Below, in pieces: positions 61,801-64,000 of a stretch of DNA of 64,000 bases (position 1 is the first letter of the stretch; every line of letters starts with the position of its first letter). The stretch covers positions 12,521-76,520 of the forward strand of contig JBMNJT010000007.1 in assembly GCA_050951805.1 (NCBI GenBank), in the 5' to 3' direction. The position numbers were made by a program, and so were the translations under genes. This stretch comes from Bacillota bacterium. GTDB lineage: Bacteria; Bacillota; DTU025. The notes beneath the pieces are model-generated. The model was not told where the DNA came from. It did not search any database and saw only the letters and a list, made by a program, of their open reading frames with translations.

Positions 61801-64000
61801 CTCCACGTGCACCCGCACATCTTCGCCCGGCGCGCCCATCTTCGACCCGTCGAAAGCGATCTCCAGTTCAGTTGTACCGCCCATGGGGACCACACCCCGT
61901 GCGGGACTGACATTGACGCCCGGTACCGTAGGCATGCCAGTATCGACTAGATATATCCTCTTTTCCTTCTGCGAAGTCACCCACAGGTTGCCGTCCTCAT
62001 GAAGCGCAAGACCCGCTCCGCTGTAGTCGAGTCTGCCTGGATGCTGGAACTGGCAGATCACTGCGTGTGTCTCTGTATCCAGTGCGTATATCATGTCAGG
62101 CGCTCCATTGTTGGCTACCCACAGCACTCCATTGGGGTGCCAAGCAAGCCCGGCGATGGCAACTGGGAATGACCACTGCTCAAGGATTTCACCGGGGTTA
62201 TCCCAGCTTAGGCCCTTGATGTGGTAGATGATGTCCTGATTCCATCCGCCGATGTAGAAGGTGTCGTTGGCGTTGTTGTAAGCAAGGCCACGCTGATCGA
62301 CTCCTGTCCAGGCGCCGTCTGCAATGACCGCCTCAACTTCGCCTGTGGTCAGATTCATGCCGTAGATTCCGTTGTCTCCGCCCACATTTACCTGCCACAT
62401 CAGGTTGTGGTTCTCGTCATACGCCAAGTCAGCAGCCCAATCCGCTGACCATGGAGTCCCAAACCTGGTCAAGGTATGAACACCTTCCGGTGTCACCACA
62501 TGGGCAGTGTTGCTGAATGGATCTCCTATCCAAAGGTTCGATTCATCGAACCCGAGTCCCCACGCGTATTCAACGACGCTAGGCACAGGCCACGACAGGA
62601 TGCCGCCGCCCACGGCGTCAAGCTGCAGAGCTTCATCAAGCATCCTGACGATCTCAGGATCGAGCGGCTCGTAGAGCCCGATCGCCGTCTTGGCGTACGG
62701 CTCAGCCGGCATGCCGGTGCGTTTGGGCAACGCTACTGTCGGAACATTTCCTCTTCTGGGCTTCACTTCGAAGTTCAAGTCCGCATTGCCCTGCACATTT
62801 CCAAGCGTCAGAGTGCGCGTGGCAGTGCTGACAGGCGAGAGCGTGAACTCGATCTCAGTTGGATCGAGTGTGGCCCGTGGAAGCGGACGCACATCGATCA
62901 CCAGTTCTGCTCTGGCAGTGCCGCCCAGCTGGTCGGTGACGGTAAATACCGCATTGTAAACGCCTGCTGCAGCATACGTATGCGTTGCATCGAACCCGGC
63001 AGCGCTTGTCCCGTCGCCGAAATTCCATCCGTAGCTTACGAGCGGCGTATCTGGAGCATCAACTGCTGCATGGAACTCCACTTCAAGTGGGGGTTCTCCA
63101 ATGGCAGGAGTTGCTGTTGCTTCTGTTATCTTGGGAGCGTGCGCCACTTCCAAAATGACGGGGACCGTGATCAGCGGGTATTCCACATCATTGGTGAAGA
63201 TCGTTACCCTGCCGTCATGGGTGCCCGGTCCGAGGCGCGACGTATCCGCTGTCACTGTTATGTCTGCAGATCCGCCCGCTGGCACCACGCCACTTGCAGG
63301 CCTCCACGTGAGCCAATCTACGATCGGGCCAAGCCCGGTATCGATCAGGTAGACCATGTTGTTCCCCATGGAAGCGACCCACAGGTTGCCGGTAGGGTCA
63401 AATTCGCAGCCGGCGCCCCAGTTTTCCCTTCCTGCAGGGTGTGGAAGCTGTGCGATGGTGTTATGCGTGATCGGATCGACGAAGTAGATCATGTCGGGCC
63501 TCGAATTGGCCGTAACCACCAGAATGTTCGCCGTGGGGTGGTATGCAAGGCCCGCAATGCCCACTACCATCTCCCACTGGTCAAGCACCTCGCCAGGATT
63601 GTCCCAGCTTTCGCCCTTGATCTTGTAGATCTGATGGTCAAGCCATCCGCCCACGTAGAAGGTATCATCGTTGGCGTCGTATGCCAGGCCCCTCTGTGCC
63701 GTGTGAGTCCACGCGCCATCCCTAATGAAGCCTACTACCTCTCCGGTGTCGGGGTTGAGCTTGTATATGCCGTTGTCGCCGCCAACGTTGACCTGCCAGA
63801 TGTACTCGCCATCAAAGGCCATGTCGGCAGCCCAGGCTCCGGCCCAGTCAGTTCGATAGCTCTTCCCGGTAGCGCGACCTTCAGCTCGTAACCACGAAGT
63901 CTTCCTTCATGGAAGGATCGCCTATTACGAGCTCGCCCGAATTGTAGTTGGCGCCAAGCCCCCACGTCACTGCAATTGGCAGCGGGGAGATCCAACTTTT
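58806..64000 (-). pseudogene. Large secreted PKD/beta-propeller protein with T9SS-like C-terminal domain, split by two +1 frameshifts and truncated by the window edge
   Basis: Four PKD repeats (W.FGDG), two propeller-like repeat blocks, GGPDKFGY module, C-terminal AAPNP...VYDISGRLV...ANGIYLY. Removing one base near 61425 and one near 63886 joins all parts into one frame. Confidence 0.75.

Noticed and set aside
1-64000. CRISPR array, rRNA or prophage
   Set aside because: No regularly spaced short repeats, rRNA sequence or phage structural genes were seen.

Overview
This window comes from an endospore-forming, probably diderm (outer-membrane) Bacillota-like bacterium; the diderm call rests on a PorV-like beta-barrel gene. 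The centre (23.5-51 kb) is the conserved ispE-ridA-spoVG-glmU-prs-pth-mfd-spoVT-yabM-mazG-yabP-yabQ-divIC-yabR region, with tRNA-Gln, tRNA-Leu and an opp operon. The best candidate for a new system lies next to tRNA-Leu. It is a minus-strand operon: GntR/UTRA regulator, archaeal-type cyclic 2,3-diphosphoglycerate synthetase (cpgS), a three-gene ABC importer, and a circularly permuted cofactor-independent phosphoglycerate mutase homolog with an altered substrate site. No 2-phosphoglycerate kinase is present, so this may be an uptake/catabolism system for cDPG or 2,3-bisphosphoglycerate (inference). Three copies of one hairpin-targeting group II intron are present: two full 2092-nt copies in inverted orientation, and an 865-nt ORF-less copy fused head-to-tail to one of them inside the operon. 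The right end carries a two-component pair, a PorV-like gene and a large, twice-frameshifted PKD/beta-propeller gene with a T9SS-like C-terminal sorting domain. All family assignments are from motif recognition by eye; no database searches were run.
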